Below, piece by piece: positions 17,987 to 31,230 of a stretch of 64,000 nt of DNA; position 1 is the stretch's first letter, and every line of letters begins with the position of its first letter. The notes under the pieces were generated by a model that was not told the origin of the DNA, ran no database searches, and saw nothing but the letters and a program-made list of their open reading frames with translations. This stretch comes from the human T2T-CHM13v2.0 reference genome, Homo sapiens. The stretch lies in the NCBI RefSeq assembly GCF_009914755.1, contig NC_060932.1. The stretch is one strand, 5' to 3'. A program made the position numbers and the translations under genes.

Positions 17987-19310
17987 TTATATACTTCTCT
18001 AGACCCTGTGAAAACCCAATAAATACTGCTAATTCAATAACAAGGAGGTAGGAATACTAAGAAAAAGAGAGATTCATTATTCTTGGAAGTGTGAGAAGCA
18101 GTAATTGCTGAAAACAAGAACAAAATATACTTCTTTTATCTAATAGATATTTTATCTAGTATAGATTTTTTAATCTAATAGATTAATTTCTCTGCATACT
18201 ATATGCACACCTTATCTGAAGGTGATATGAGCAATAGCAATAGCTAGTAGTAGTTGTGAAGTGCTTACTATTCTAATTCTTTAAATGCACTTCCCGGTGA
18301 AGTAACCCTGTGTTTTGGAGGATAAATTTAAAAATGTGAGTGGTGGAATAAGGTGCCCAAGATCACATAATGGGTGAACTTTAAGCACAGATAGTTCTGT
18401 CTCCAGGCCCAAGACACTCAACCCCTTCATGATATTTCCACTCAGAGGCGAATAAGATACAAACATACAATCAAGGAACTTCACTTTCTCAAGGACTATA
18501 GGAATTTCTATAAATTACTATACTACAAAGCAAAAGGTGCAAGAAAGTAAGAGATAATCTGCACAGGTTTAAGGAGATAGACATTGCTTCTGATGAAAAA
18601 GTCAGAGAATGCTTCATCAAGAAGGTAGCATTTTGGTTGCACTTTGAAGAATTCAAAGTGGGATTGTGATTGGCTGAGAAAAGAAAAGACAGATTCAGGG
18701 GAAAGAAGGCAATTCAATTTAAACATATTAATTTTCCTGGTATTGGGGAAAAAGGGAAAGGCAGGAGTAACTTTTAGTTTTACTTAGTTCAATTAATATT
18801 TTTATATAGTGTCCCTTCTAATTTCATAACTGCCTTGGCACCATGGAAATATGCTCTCTACGATGAGTTAATTAAATACTTAAAATTATACTTAATCCTA
18901 AACCATAGGTATTAGGGATGTTAAAAACAATTTTTCTATTTATAGATTGAAATACAAGTTTCAGGTTAAGCATAACGTTAATAAAGTTCTCTAGCAGGGC
19001 AGAGGAAAAAGAGAAGCCGATGGGAGCAGATAGCTTCCTGTGCATTTTCTTCTATTACTTTAGAGTGGTCACTGTCTAACAATTTTTAATGAAATGATAA
19101 GGAAGCAAATAAGCCAAACATTCTTAAATATTAGGATGATTTTTATGTTATTGGGAGACCCCCAATATCTAATTCAATGATCCAATGTTATAGCAAACAA
19201 AACTTTTAAAAGATTTTTTTCAGCACATTTAAAGAAAAGTTTATAACATAATCAGCACTTGAACAAATAAAGGGTTAGGGGATTGACTCTCTATGCATTT
19301 GAAAATTTGT

Positions 19311-19599
19311 CGCCTGTAACCCCAGCACTTTGGCAGGGCAAGGAGGGTGGACCACCTGAGGTCAGGAGTCCGAGACCAGCCTGGCCAGCATAGTGAAACC
19401 CTGTCTCTACTAAAAACACAAAAATTAGCTGGGTGTGGTGGCGGGTGCCTGTAATCCCAGCTATTCAGGAGGCTGAGGCAGGAGAGTCATTTAAACCCAG
19501 GAGGCGGAGGTTGCCGTGAGCCAAGATAGTGCCATTGCACTCCAGCCTGGGCAACAAGAGCAAAACTCTGTCTCAAAAAAAAAAAAGAAAGAAAGAAAA
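19311..19599 (+). mobile_element. AluSq-like, slightly 5'-truncated
   Basis: cgcctgtaac...ggcaacaagagcaaaactctgtctc with an A/GAAA tail. TSD gaaaatttgt / gaaaattagt. Confidence 0.9.
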
Positions 19600-19919
19600 G
19601 AAAATTAGTGTCTAACTTTTGACTTCCCCAAAACTTAACTCCTAATAGCCTATTGTTAGCCCACAGCATCACCGATAACATAGTCAATTAATATATATTT
19701 AGTATGTTATATGTATTATATACTATATTCTTACAATAAAGTAAGCTAGAGCAAAAATGTTATTAAGAAAATAATAAAAAATATATATTTATAGTACTGT
19801 ATTTATTGATACTGTAAGTTTATGTTATTGGCTTCCAAGATGAATCAAATGTCTGAAATGGTAGGCAATCACAGCTGCAGACATCAGTCTATGGTACATA
19901 TCAAGCAATTCACATTTTT

Positions 19920-20184
19920 GGGTGGTGGGGTGGGGAGAGAGACAAAGTCTTGCTCTGTCATACAGGCTGGAGTGCAGTGGCACTCTCTTTGCTCATGCCT
20001 CAGCCTCCCAAGTAGCTGGGACTACAGGAGCATGCCACCATGGCAGGCTAATTTTTGTATTTTTAGTAGTAAAGGGCTTTTACCATGTTGGCCAGGCTGG
20101 TCTCGAACTCCTGGCCTCAGGTGATACACCCACCTCGCCCTCTCAAAGTGTCGGGATTGCAGGCGTAAGCCACTGCATCTGGCC
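19920..20184 (-). mobile_element. AluS-like with a ~40-bp deletion in the right arm and a non-A tail
   Basis: Alu body on the minus strand. Perfect 14-bp TSD caattcacattttt at 19906-19919 and 20185-20198. Confidence 0.9.
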
Positions 20185-21227
20185 CAATTCACATTTTTTC
20201 TTGTAATGTAGTGACATTTTTCTGCTTCTTGGAAGTACTTCCAGCATTGCTAGTGTCACTTCATTCCCATGGCATTATTCAGTTTATTGTATTGCATTAA
20301 ACAACAAAAAATATCTGAGAAATTACACAAATCAAATTTTACTGCACTATGCAGTTTACTGGAGAGACAAATTGCTGATGTGGAGATGACTGATGCTACA
20401 TGGTACTTTAAGCAATACTTGCAACACTTGGGCTCACCATAATAGCAAAAAGAAGTGGCTAAGAAATTATTACTGTAGTACAGTATGTACTGTAGTTAAT
20501 TTTGTGCAGTTGTGATTTTATATGGCATCTTTATATTTATTTACATTCCTCTCCACTGCAAATTGTGCCATGTATGGTCTGTAAGTGTTTGTGTGGGTAA
20601 GTTTGAAAAAATGTTAATTTTTTATAATAGATTTGTGGACATTTTATGGTAGTAAATGATAAAATAGACTGATGTATACATATATTTTATGCATTCATGA
20701 CATATCTAAGTTTTTCTCTTTTTTTATGTTACATGGTTCATCTGTGAGTTCTTTCAAATTGTCACAAATCTCCAAAAAGTTTTCTAATATATTTATCCAA
20801 AAAAATTGCATATTAGTGGACCTAAATAGTTCAAACTTGTATTGTTCAAGTGTCAACTGCATGATGAATGTGTAAGGAATATATTAGGTAAGTTAAGGCA
20901 CTGGTAACAAACAAAAATCAAATAAAACCAGGTAAGAAGTTAATTTATGAGAAATAAAATCTTCATTATGTAAATCTAGTCACTTAAACTGAATATTGAT
21001 TCAGATTTTATTGAATAAATAATATTAATTTTTTTTCAATTTAAGATCATCATCCATTCCCACTTATGCTCTCCAAAACTAACATTGTTTAACATTTTTC
21101 AAACTGCAATTTGCAAACTTTCAGTTAAATGAACATTTTTTCAGTTGGAAGGTAGAGGGGCAAGGGAGATTTTTACTGCATTACTCATAGTAAATATTCA
21201 AAAAGTTCAGAAGACCTTAAGAACTGT

Positions 21228-22805
21228 TTGCAGTAGAGTTTGAAGCCAGGTAGTGTGATGCCTCCAGCTTTGTTCTTTTTGCTTAGGATGTCATTGGCTA
21301 TTTGGGCTTTTTATTTTTGCATCAATATGAATTTTTAGAGTAGTTTTTTTCTAATTATGTGAAAAATGTCATTGATAGTTTGATAGGAATAGCCACAGAT
21401 CAATACAATGAAAACAGCGTGGTACTGATATAAAAATAGAAATACAGACCAATAGAGTAGGTTAGAGAACCCAGAAATGAAACCATACACCTACAACGAT
21501 CTTATCTTTGACAAAGCCAACAAAAACAAGCATAAGGGAAAGGATTCTCTATGCAATAAATAAGTAGTGTTGAGATGACTGGCTAGGCATATGGAGAAGA
21601 TTGAAACTTTACTCTTTCCCCTTTCATCATATACAAAAACCAACTCGGGATGGATTAAAGCCTTAAATGTAAAACCTAAAGCTATAAAAGTTCTGAAAGA
21701 AAACCTAAGACATGCCAATACCTAGCTCCTGGCAAAGGTTTCATAATGAAGATGCCAAAAGCAATAGCAAGAAATACAAAAATTAACAAAGAGGACCTAA
21801 TTGAACTAAAGAGCTTTTGCACAGCAAAAGAAAGTATTAACTGAGTAAACAGACAACCGACAGAATATGAGAAAATATTCACAAACCATGAATCTGACAA
21901 AGGTCTAATATCCAGAATCTCTAAGAACCTTGTTAGCAAGCAAAAAACAGACAACCTTATTAAAATATGGGCAAAGGACATGAACAGACACTTCTCAAAA
22001 GAAGACATAAATGTGGCCAATAAGCATATAAAAAATGTTCAACTTCATGACTCATTAGAGAAATACAAATCAAAACCACAATGAGATATCATCTGACACC
22101 AGCCAGAATAGCTATTAATAAAAGTCAAAAAATAATGGATGCTGGTGATGCTTTAAAGAAAAGGGAATGCTTATACATTGCTGGTGGGTATGTAAGTTAG
22201 TTCAGTCATTTTGGAAAGCAGTTTGGATATTTCTCAAAGAAGTTAAAATAGAACCATTATTTGAGCCAGAAAGCCCATTACTGAGTATTTACTCAAAGAA
22301 ATATAAATTGTTCTACCATAAAGTCACATGCATACATATGTTCATTGCACTATTCAAAATAGTAAAGACATGGAATCAACCTAGATGCCCATCAATAGTG
22401 GACTGCACAAAGAAAATGTGATACATATACACTATGGAATACTACATAGTCATAAAAAGGAATGAACTCATGTTCTCTGCAACAACATGGAAAGACCTGG
22501 AGACCATTATCCTAAGCAAATTAATGCAGGAACAGAAAGCCAAATACCACATGTTCTCACTTACAAGTGGGAGCTAAACACTGAGTACACATGGAAACAA
22601 AGAAGGGAACAATAAACACAAAGTGAAGGGTGGGAGGGCAGAGGGTGGGAGTAGGGCAAGGATGAAAAAAAAACTACCTATTAGGTACTATGCTCGTTAC
22701 CTGGAAACAAAATAATCTGTACACCAAACAGCCATGACATGCAATTTACTCATGTAACAAACCTGCACATGTACCCCCTGAACCTAAAATAAAACTTGGA
22801 AAAAA
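21228..22805 (+). mobile_element. 5'-truncated, 5'-inverted older L1 (L1PA15-17-like)
   Basis: 21228-21393 is ORF2 sequence in minus orientation. 21404-22805 is the ORF2 3' end and 3'UTR in plus orientation, ending aacctaaaataaaa. Confidence 0.85.
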
Positions 22806-25587
22806 TACCTGTTTTCACGGCTCATTTTACACAAATGTAATCTTAATTAATTTATATTATGTTTAATTGTGATTAATTTATCACAAAGAATTTCTAGCAT
22901 AATCTGTCAATCCTGCCCTTCATTCCAATAAGTTTAGGCCTTTAAAGCAGAGATATGGCTCTGTACCTTACACTTAAAGCAACACTAGCTAATTAGATGC
23001 ACAGGATGGTGAAACAGGAGCTTCTATCATCATCCTCTGAAGCAGCCTCAACTTAAACAAGTATCTACAAACAAAAGTACCTTTGTGGAAATCTGGAAGT
23101 CCAGTGAAGAAGTTCCAGCAGACTGTGGCATCATAAAATCCAAAAACTGACTTATCAAAGGAAGAACAGTATCAGGTTACCTATGTCACCTGTACCCCAG
23201 GGTGGCACAGGTTGATGCCAAGAGAAGCCCCTACAGCCCATGATTTCTCCTACATGGAAAGTAAAGGCATAGTGACTGAGTGCCTGACACCTCCAGCATG
23301 CAGAACACTGCCTAATAGACTCACTTCTATCTTGCTTCACCTAGAATCCTGAAGTGGTTGACACTGCTCAGTAACTGGGAGAGGCTGGAAAGAGAGAAGG
23401 GAGGCTGCAGAAGCTACTAATAGCTCCACTGACTCCATCAGAGACGCTACCATGAGATGTATGGGATGCTTTGCCTCCAGAACCCCAGATCATCCAGGCA
23501 GATAATCAACAAAGAAACACTGTACTTGAACTACCCTATAGACCAAATAAACCTAACAGATAGAGCATTTCACCCATCAGCAGCAGAGTACACATTATTC
23601 TTAAATGAACATGGAATATTCTTCAGGACATATCACGTTAGGTCACAAAACAAGTCCGAACAAATTCAAGAAGACTGAAGTTATACCAAGGACCTTTTTC
23701 AACTTAATGGTACACAACTAGAAGTTGGTAACAGGAGGAAAACTAGAAAATTCACAAATATATGGAAATTAAACAACATGATTGTGAGCAATAAATGGTT
23801 AAAAGAAGAAATCAAAAGGAAAATTTAAAAATATATTGAAGCAAATGAAGGAGGAAACATACAAAACCTTATGGGATGCAGCATTGTCCAAGAGAGAAGT
23901 TTTCAGTGATAAATGGCTGCATGAAGAAAAATAGAAAGATCTCAAATAAACAATCCAACTTTACCCCTCAAGCTATGAAAAAAAAAAAAAAAAAAAGCTA
24001 AGCTCAAAGTTAGTGAAAGGAAAAGGACAAAGATCAGAGCAGAAATAAATGAAATGGAGACTAGGAAAGCAATAGAAAAGATCAACAAACCAAGAGTTGG
24101 TTTTTTGAAAAAATAAACCAAATTTGTAAACTTCAGCTATACTAAAGAAAAAAGAGAGCCTCAAATAAATAAAATTATAAATGAATCGTATCATAAGAGA
24201 CTACCATCACAATTACATGCTAACAAATTGGATAACCTAGAATAAATGAATAAATTCCAAGAAAAACATGACTTACAAAGACTTATAAAGAAATATTAAT
24301 ATAAATAGATTAATAATGAGTGAGAAGTCTGATTCACTAATTAAAAATCTCCCATCAAAGAAAAGCTCAGAAACTGATAATTTCATTGTAGAATTTTATT
24401 TAACATTTAAAGAATAATTAACACCAATCTTTCTCAGACTCTTCCAAAGAACTGAAGAGGAGAGAGCACATCCAGATTCATTTAAAAGGCCAATATTAAC
24501 CTGACACCAAAGACAGACAAGATACTACCAAAAAAATTTACAGGCTAATATCCATGATGAACATAGATTCAAAAATCCTAAAAAAATTTTAACAAACCAA
24601 ATTCAACAGTGCCATGATCAAGTTAGATTTATCCCTGGGATGCAATATGTTTCAGTTTACTGTACAGATACTAATAAACATGATATATTACATTAACAAA
24701 ATGAATGACAAAATTATCATCTCAATAGATGCAGAAAAATCACTTGACAAAATTCAATATCCTTTCATGATAAAAATTTCCAAAAGATGAGGTAATAGAA
24801 AGAATGCACCTAAACACAATAAAAGTCATATATCAGAAGCCCACAGCTGACATCAAACATTGAAAAGCTAAAAGCTTGCCCAACAAGATTAGGAACAAGA
24901 CAAGAATGCCCACTCTCACTAATTCTATTCACCATAGCACTGAAAGTTCTAGCCAGAGCAACTAGGAAAGAAAAAGAAACCAAAACCATCCGAAACATAA
25001 AAGAAGAAGGCAATTGTCTCTGTTTGCAGATGACGTCATCTTACATATAGAAAACTCTAAAGACTCCACCAACAAAACTGGTAGAACTAATAAATTAATT
25101 CAGTAAAATTGCAGGATATAACATTAACATATAAAAATTAGTTGTGTTTCCATATACTAACAATGAACTATTCAAAAAAGACATTAAGAAAGCAATGCCA
25201 TGTATAATAGCATAAAAAAGAATAAAATACTTAGGTAGAAATTTAACGAAGGAGGTAAAAGGTACACTGAAAACAATAAAACATTAATAAAAAAAATTGA
25301 AGCTATGAAAAAATTAACATCCTGTGTTCATGGGTGAGAAGACTTAATATTGTAGAAATACCTATACGTTCCAAAGCAGTATACAGGTTTAATTCAATTC
25401 CTATCAAAATTCCAATAGCATTTTACACAGAAATAGAAAATCAAACCAGAATTCATATAAAGCCATATAGCTAAAGCAGTCTTGAGCAAGAAGAATGAAG
25501 CTGATGGCATCATACTTCCTGGTTTCAAATTATTACAAAACAAAACTTATCAAAACAATATGATACCAGCACACTGGCATGAAAACT

Positions 25588-25672
25588 ATATATATATATA
25601 TACATACACACACACACACGTATGTGTTTTTATATAATTTATATATGTATATGTGTGTGTATATATATTTAT
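25588..25672. repeat. Compound (TA)n(CA)n...(TG)n(TA)n microsatellite
   Basis: Seen directly, inside the L1M. Confidence 0.85.
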
Positions 25673-26044
25673 AATAGAAAACCTCAAAATAAACCCAGGT
25701 ATATATGGTCAATTAATCTTCGGCAAAGGCTCTAAGAATATATGAAGGGGAAAGAACAGTCTCTTCAATAAATGGTGTTAGAAAAGCTAATATTCAAATG
25801 CAAAAATATGAAACTGGCTCTTTATCCTACACATATGAAAAATCAACTCCAAATGAATTGAAGACTTAATCATGAGACCTGAAACCTTAACACTTCTAAT
25901 AGAAAACAGAAAAAAGTGCTCTATAATTGTAATTTCAGAGATGATTTTTTGGATAAAACACAAAAATGCAAACAATAAAAGCAAAGATAAACAGATGGAA
26001 CTACATTAAACTAAAAAGTTTCTGCCCAGCAAGGGTAACAATCA

Positions 26045-26293
<249 letters not shown>

Positions 26294-29200
26294 TTAAATT
26301 CAAGAAACTCATATTATTTTATTTTTTAAACCTCAAGCAACCCTATTAGGTAATGGGCTAGACGTTTCAGTAGACATGTCTCCAAAGAAGACATACAAGT
26401 GGTCTACATGTATATGGAAAGGTACTCAGCATCACTAATCATCAGAGAAATGCAAATCAAAACCACAGTGAGATACCACCTCACATCTGTTAGCATGTCT
26501 ATTGTAATAAAGAAAAAAGATAAAAAATATTGGCATGGATATGGAGAAAGGGGAACCCTTATACATTGTTGGTGGGAATTTAAGTTGGCACAGCTATATA
26601 GAAAACAGTAGGGAGGTTCCTCAGAATATTAAAAATAGAACTACCATGTGATCCAGCAATATCACTTCAGGGTATATAACCGAAGGACATAAAATCACTG
26701 ATATCTGCATCCTCATGTTTATTGCAGTAGTGTTCACAGTTGCCAAGATATAGAAACAACCAACCTAAGTGTCTATTGATGGATGAATGGGAAAGAAAAT
26801 GTAATATATATATATGGAATATTATTCAATATGGAATATTATTTAGCACTTAAAGAGAAGAAAATCCTGACTTTGCAACAACATGGATGAACCTGCAAGA
26901 CATTATGGTAAGTGAAATAAGCCAGACACACAAAGACAAATGCTCCATGATCTCATGTACATGTGGGATCTAACAAACTCGAACTCACAGAAACAGAGTA
27001 GAAAGTTGGTTAACAAAGGTGGGGGGTAGGGGAAATGGTGAGATGTCGGCCAAAGGGTACAAATTTACAGCTGTAAGATGAATAATTTCTGGAGACCAGA
27101 CACACAGCATGATTACTATAGTTAATAGCATTGTACTATAAGCTTAAAATTTGCTGAAGAGAGATCTTAAATATTCTCATCATGCACACACACACAGTGT
27201 AACTATGTGAGGGGATGGATATGTAAATTAGCTTGATTACTGCAATCATTTCACAATGCAGATGTATAATTAAAACATTACGTTGTATATCTTGAATACA
27301 TGCAAGTTTTATTTGTCAATTATACCTCAGTAAAGGTAAAATTAAAAAAAAAAAACCCACAATGTTAAGGAGCCTCAGCAAAAAGTACAGGAATGTATTG
27401 ATCTCTTTGGCTCCCTGTTCTTTGGGTCTCAAATACAGTTTCAACTGTCTAATATTTCCCTAGTTCCCACTATCACATTTCAAATGGCAGTGATCAATAC
27501 GGGACTTCCCCAGCTGTTTGAAATACACATTGTTGCTGATTTCACCTTTTATTCTCTTCTTACTGGTAATAAAAAAAAATTGTATATGATCGTATTAACC
27601 AATAAATAAATGTCCAAAGACCATTTTTACTAGTGATTTTTGAGTTCTGCAGAATTCATAAAGCAGGTCTTTTTTCCTAACACTTTGCAAAATGAAAGAA
27701 AACAAATAAACAAAAAAAGGCACATGAGGAAAGTGTCTATGCCTGACTGCCTCCTGACTGCATCAGCTGAGCACCATCTTCTGATTTTCATCTCTTAGCT
27801 CTTCTCTAGAGGCTGAATGGAGTGGACTTCATGCCCTGGGAGTATACTGAGCCTGCAATGATGGCCTTCTCTTTGGCCAATGTATTAAATATCACTATTT
27901 CAATTCAGAAAGAAGCTTCATGCTTTCTTCCTCTGTATCTTCGAGTTGCATTGAAATGCATCATGCAAAGTACTCAATAATTATATACTATAAAGCAAAC
28001 AATAACTCTTGGAAAATGTGACATTATAGATGAATTTTTAAGATGTGAGAGGATTTACTATGGACTAAAGCTTTATTGTAAAATAATTATATGAAGAGGA
28101 AACAAAATCAGTATGTGAACAATTCTTCATTATGACAAATTTTAGCTCAAGTGTTTGAAATTTCATGGAGATGGAATGACTGAGAAATGCCACGCATAAT
28201 GCAGGTAAACCTTGACTTTACATCTGTGAATACAAAAATTAGGAGCAAGACTCCCAATCCTAAACCATATCCAGGTCAGTAAGGTACATCTGGTTGATGA
28301 ATATCTTCCCAAAAGCATTTCTTATAGGTATCATGGAGAATATTTACATTCTCTGAAGTGTACCAAATTTATTCAAGGAAATAAACCATCTTGGGTTTTA
28401 CCACTTTAATTTTACTAGTGAGTTATTGTCTTCTTTATGTTAATAGCCAAAAGAGACATAAAAGTTTCTTTAGAGACGAGTAGTCCAACTTTCAATGGGA
28501 ACTTAGAATTTCTATAACAAAAATCTAAAAATTTTAAAATAAATAATGAGAAGCATGATAGCTAAGTATTGATAGTGTTTAGCTGTATGCTTTGCTCTAA
28601 AACATGCTCTATAATAGACTATTGGCTTTTTAGATGGCTGTGTCATTCAAACTAGATCTGACTCATAAGTACTAGGGTGGCATTTGTTGCTGGCAACAAC
28701 ACATGTTGAGTCATTTTATATTCCCATTACAGATTCTAGCTAATGAAATTAAATTCAGAATGTGCCTTCTTTGTCTACTGGACTGCAAGTGTGCATACAA
28801 AATACACAATTTGACAATATAAAACAAAATATATTCAAATTTCACTTATGCGACATAAATCTAAGCATGTAAAATATAGCATTCTGAATTAAAATATTAC
28901 ATTTTAAACCATTGATAGATTAATACAAATCCTATTACAAAGCAGTCACTTTGCTATTTGCTGGGAGTAAGAAGAATTAAACAAATAGATTAAATGATAA
29001 ATTGCTTTGTGATGCGCTAAGTGCCATAAAAACAAATATGAACAAGTTTGGTGGGAGTACTGTGAATGAAATAACCAATTTTACCTATATTAGTTGAGGA
29101 AAGCCCAGAGATAAAGAGAACCTAATCAGGTTTTAAAAGCATAAAATACAACCTGCTAAAACAATTCTATAATGCCTTTGATTTTCCTGAGAAAAAAATC

Positions 29201-29703
29201 TCATTTCATTATGGTTCTTACGATCATTAGACAAATTATCAGCCAGGTATAACAGATATATGAACACTAAATTTTATTTCAGCAGACCTAAAGTCTGCAT
29301 GGATGTAAATAAAAAACTATCCCTTTCATTGGTCTTCACCACAGTAGTTTCTTAGGAACAGTTGATGGGGTTCAGATTCTTTGAGGATTTTTCACCTTAT
29401 ATTGTAGCTTTGCATTCTCGTCTTGTATCCAAATGGTGTGGGATTAAGAAATCCAAAGAATTTAGGGAAGAGATTGCAGTATAGGGAAACATGCTAAGAG
29501 ACTATAAATTATAGGATCAGCTGGAGAACGGCAAGCAGACCCTCTCGAATTCTTCATAGCAACACTAATAGTTCTAAAGTAGATAAGCTGTGATCAGAGT
29601 TGGGAAACAGCGTTCTTCTGAGGACATTTTCTTAAAAAAGAAAAACATTGTGATCCTGCATGTATATTTTTAGACAATCCCAGTTAAAAACATTTCTGAA
29701 CTC

Positions 29704-30073
29704 TTTCTTTCTTTGTTCTTTTTTTTTTTTTTTTTTTTTCAGATGGAGTCTTGCTCTGTCACCCAGGCTAAGTGCAGTGGCTCCATCATACCTCACTTTA
29801 ACTTTGAACTCCTGGGCTCAAGTGAGCCTCTAGTCTCAGCTTCCAGAGACACCGAAATCACAGGGGTGTACACCACCACCACCATACGTGGCTAATTATT
29901 ATTATTTTTTTTTTTGAGAGACAGAGGAGTGCAGCGGGGAGGGGGATGGTTGAAGGGGTGGTCTGAGATTCTTTTTTGCCCAGACTCACCTTGAATTTCT
30001 GGCTTCAAGCTATCTTCCCACCTTAACCTCCAAAAGGTGCTGGGATTATAGGCAGCAACTACCATGCCCAGCC
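29704..30073 (-). mobile_element. AluJ with a G-rich insertion near the linker
   Basis: PolyT, gatggagtcttgctctg...ctcctgggctcaag (J-type)...ccatgcccagcc. Confidence 0.85.
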
Positions 30074-30665
30074 TAAAGTCTAACCTTTAAAGGAAAGTCT
30101 ATGTGTTATAAAATTACTGAGAAGAAGATCGTCAGTCTACAGGTGGTTTAATTGTTCTTTTAAAAGGTTGTCACCTAAAGGTGTCTTAATTTTATTATTC
30201 CTTTATCCATGTTTGCTATTCTCTGTTTTTCTCCCACTGCTCCTATTTTCTCCCCTACTGTTATTATTACAATAGAGGTTTTTGTTTTCATTTTTTTGGT
30301 TTGCTTGCTTAAATTTCTTTGGAGAAAAAGTGCTCTATAAAGCATAAATGGAAAGGAGAAATCCTCTTGTGGTAGATTACATATATGGAGTTTTATTTTA
30401 TATTAATTTAAATCATGCACATTTGAAATACCTTAAAATATTAATTCTTACTTTACATAAACAGTTTCAATTTATGTAAATAACTCAATAAAAATAATAA
30501 TCACATAATTTCAAAGATGTGAACCAAATTGGTTGTAAACCATGTTTATTTTGAAATGCCACATGGCCTTATACCTTCATTTTAACTGGAAATACCCTCC
30601 AGCCTTTGGCACACTACACTTTGCAAGAGAAATACTATGGAGTGATTGTAGGTGACATTCTTACA

Positions 30666-31230
30666 TTCATCTCACAAATATTTGTTGAGCATCTACTATG
30701 TACCAAACACTATGCTCTGTGCTAGAGATCCAGCCATAAAAAAAAGAGCAAGAAAGATAAATAATAACTGCTTTTTTCATGATGTATCTATTCTCCTGAG
30801 CAGATAAGACAATAACCAAATATAGAAAAATTAACAGATTAGGCCAGGCATGGTGGCTCATGACTGTAATCCCAGCACTTTGGGAGTCCAAGGTCGGAGG
30901 ATTGCTTGAGGCCTAGAGTTTGAGACCAACCTGTGCAACAAAGCAAAACTTTGTCGTAGAATTTTGTTTTTATTTAAAAACATTGGTAGATTAAACAATA
31001 AGTCAGATGGTTGTATGTGCTAAGGAGAATAAGCAAATTAGAAAAGGAGGATAGGAAGTATTGAGGGGATATTCATTAAAAGTCACTTTTTAGCAGAGAA
31101 CTGAAGGAAGCAAATGGGCAACTATGAAGATATTTGGGAAAAAGCATTGCAGGCAGAGGGAATAGCAAATACAGGGCAGGAGGATGTGCTTGGCCTATTG
31201 GGGGAAATGGCAAGGGGAACCCTGCAGCTG
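30666..31230 (-). mobile_element. L2 3' end (L2a-like)
   Basis: ttcat..caaatatttgttgagcatctactatgtacca is the typical L2 3' terminus in reverse, followed by a purine-rich body. Confidence 0.7.
30842..30960 (+). mobile_element. FLAM_C / free left Alu monomer inserted in L2
   Basis: ggccaggcatggtggctca...ggattgcttgagg...; single monomer only. Confidence 0.8.

Larger units (their letters stand above)
19249..20859 (-). mobile_element. Tigger2-family DNA transposon (Tigger2b-like internal-deletion derivative) interrupted by two Alus
   Basis: Right TIR ttgttcaagtgtcaactg ends at 20859; degenerate left TIR ...cacttgaacaa. Internal sequence matches the recalled Tigger2 5' and 3' ends, including the start of the transposase. 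Confidence 0.8.
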
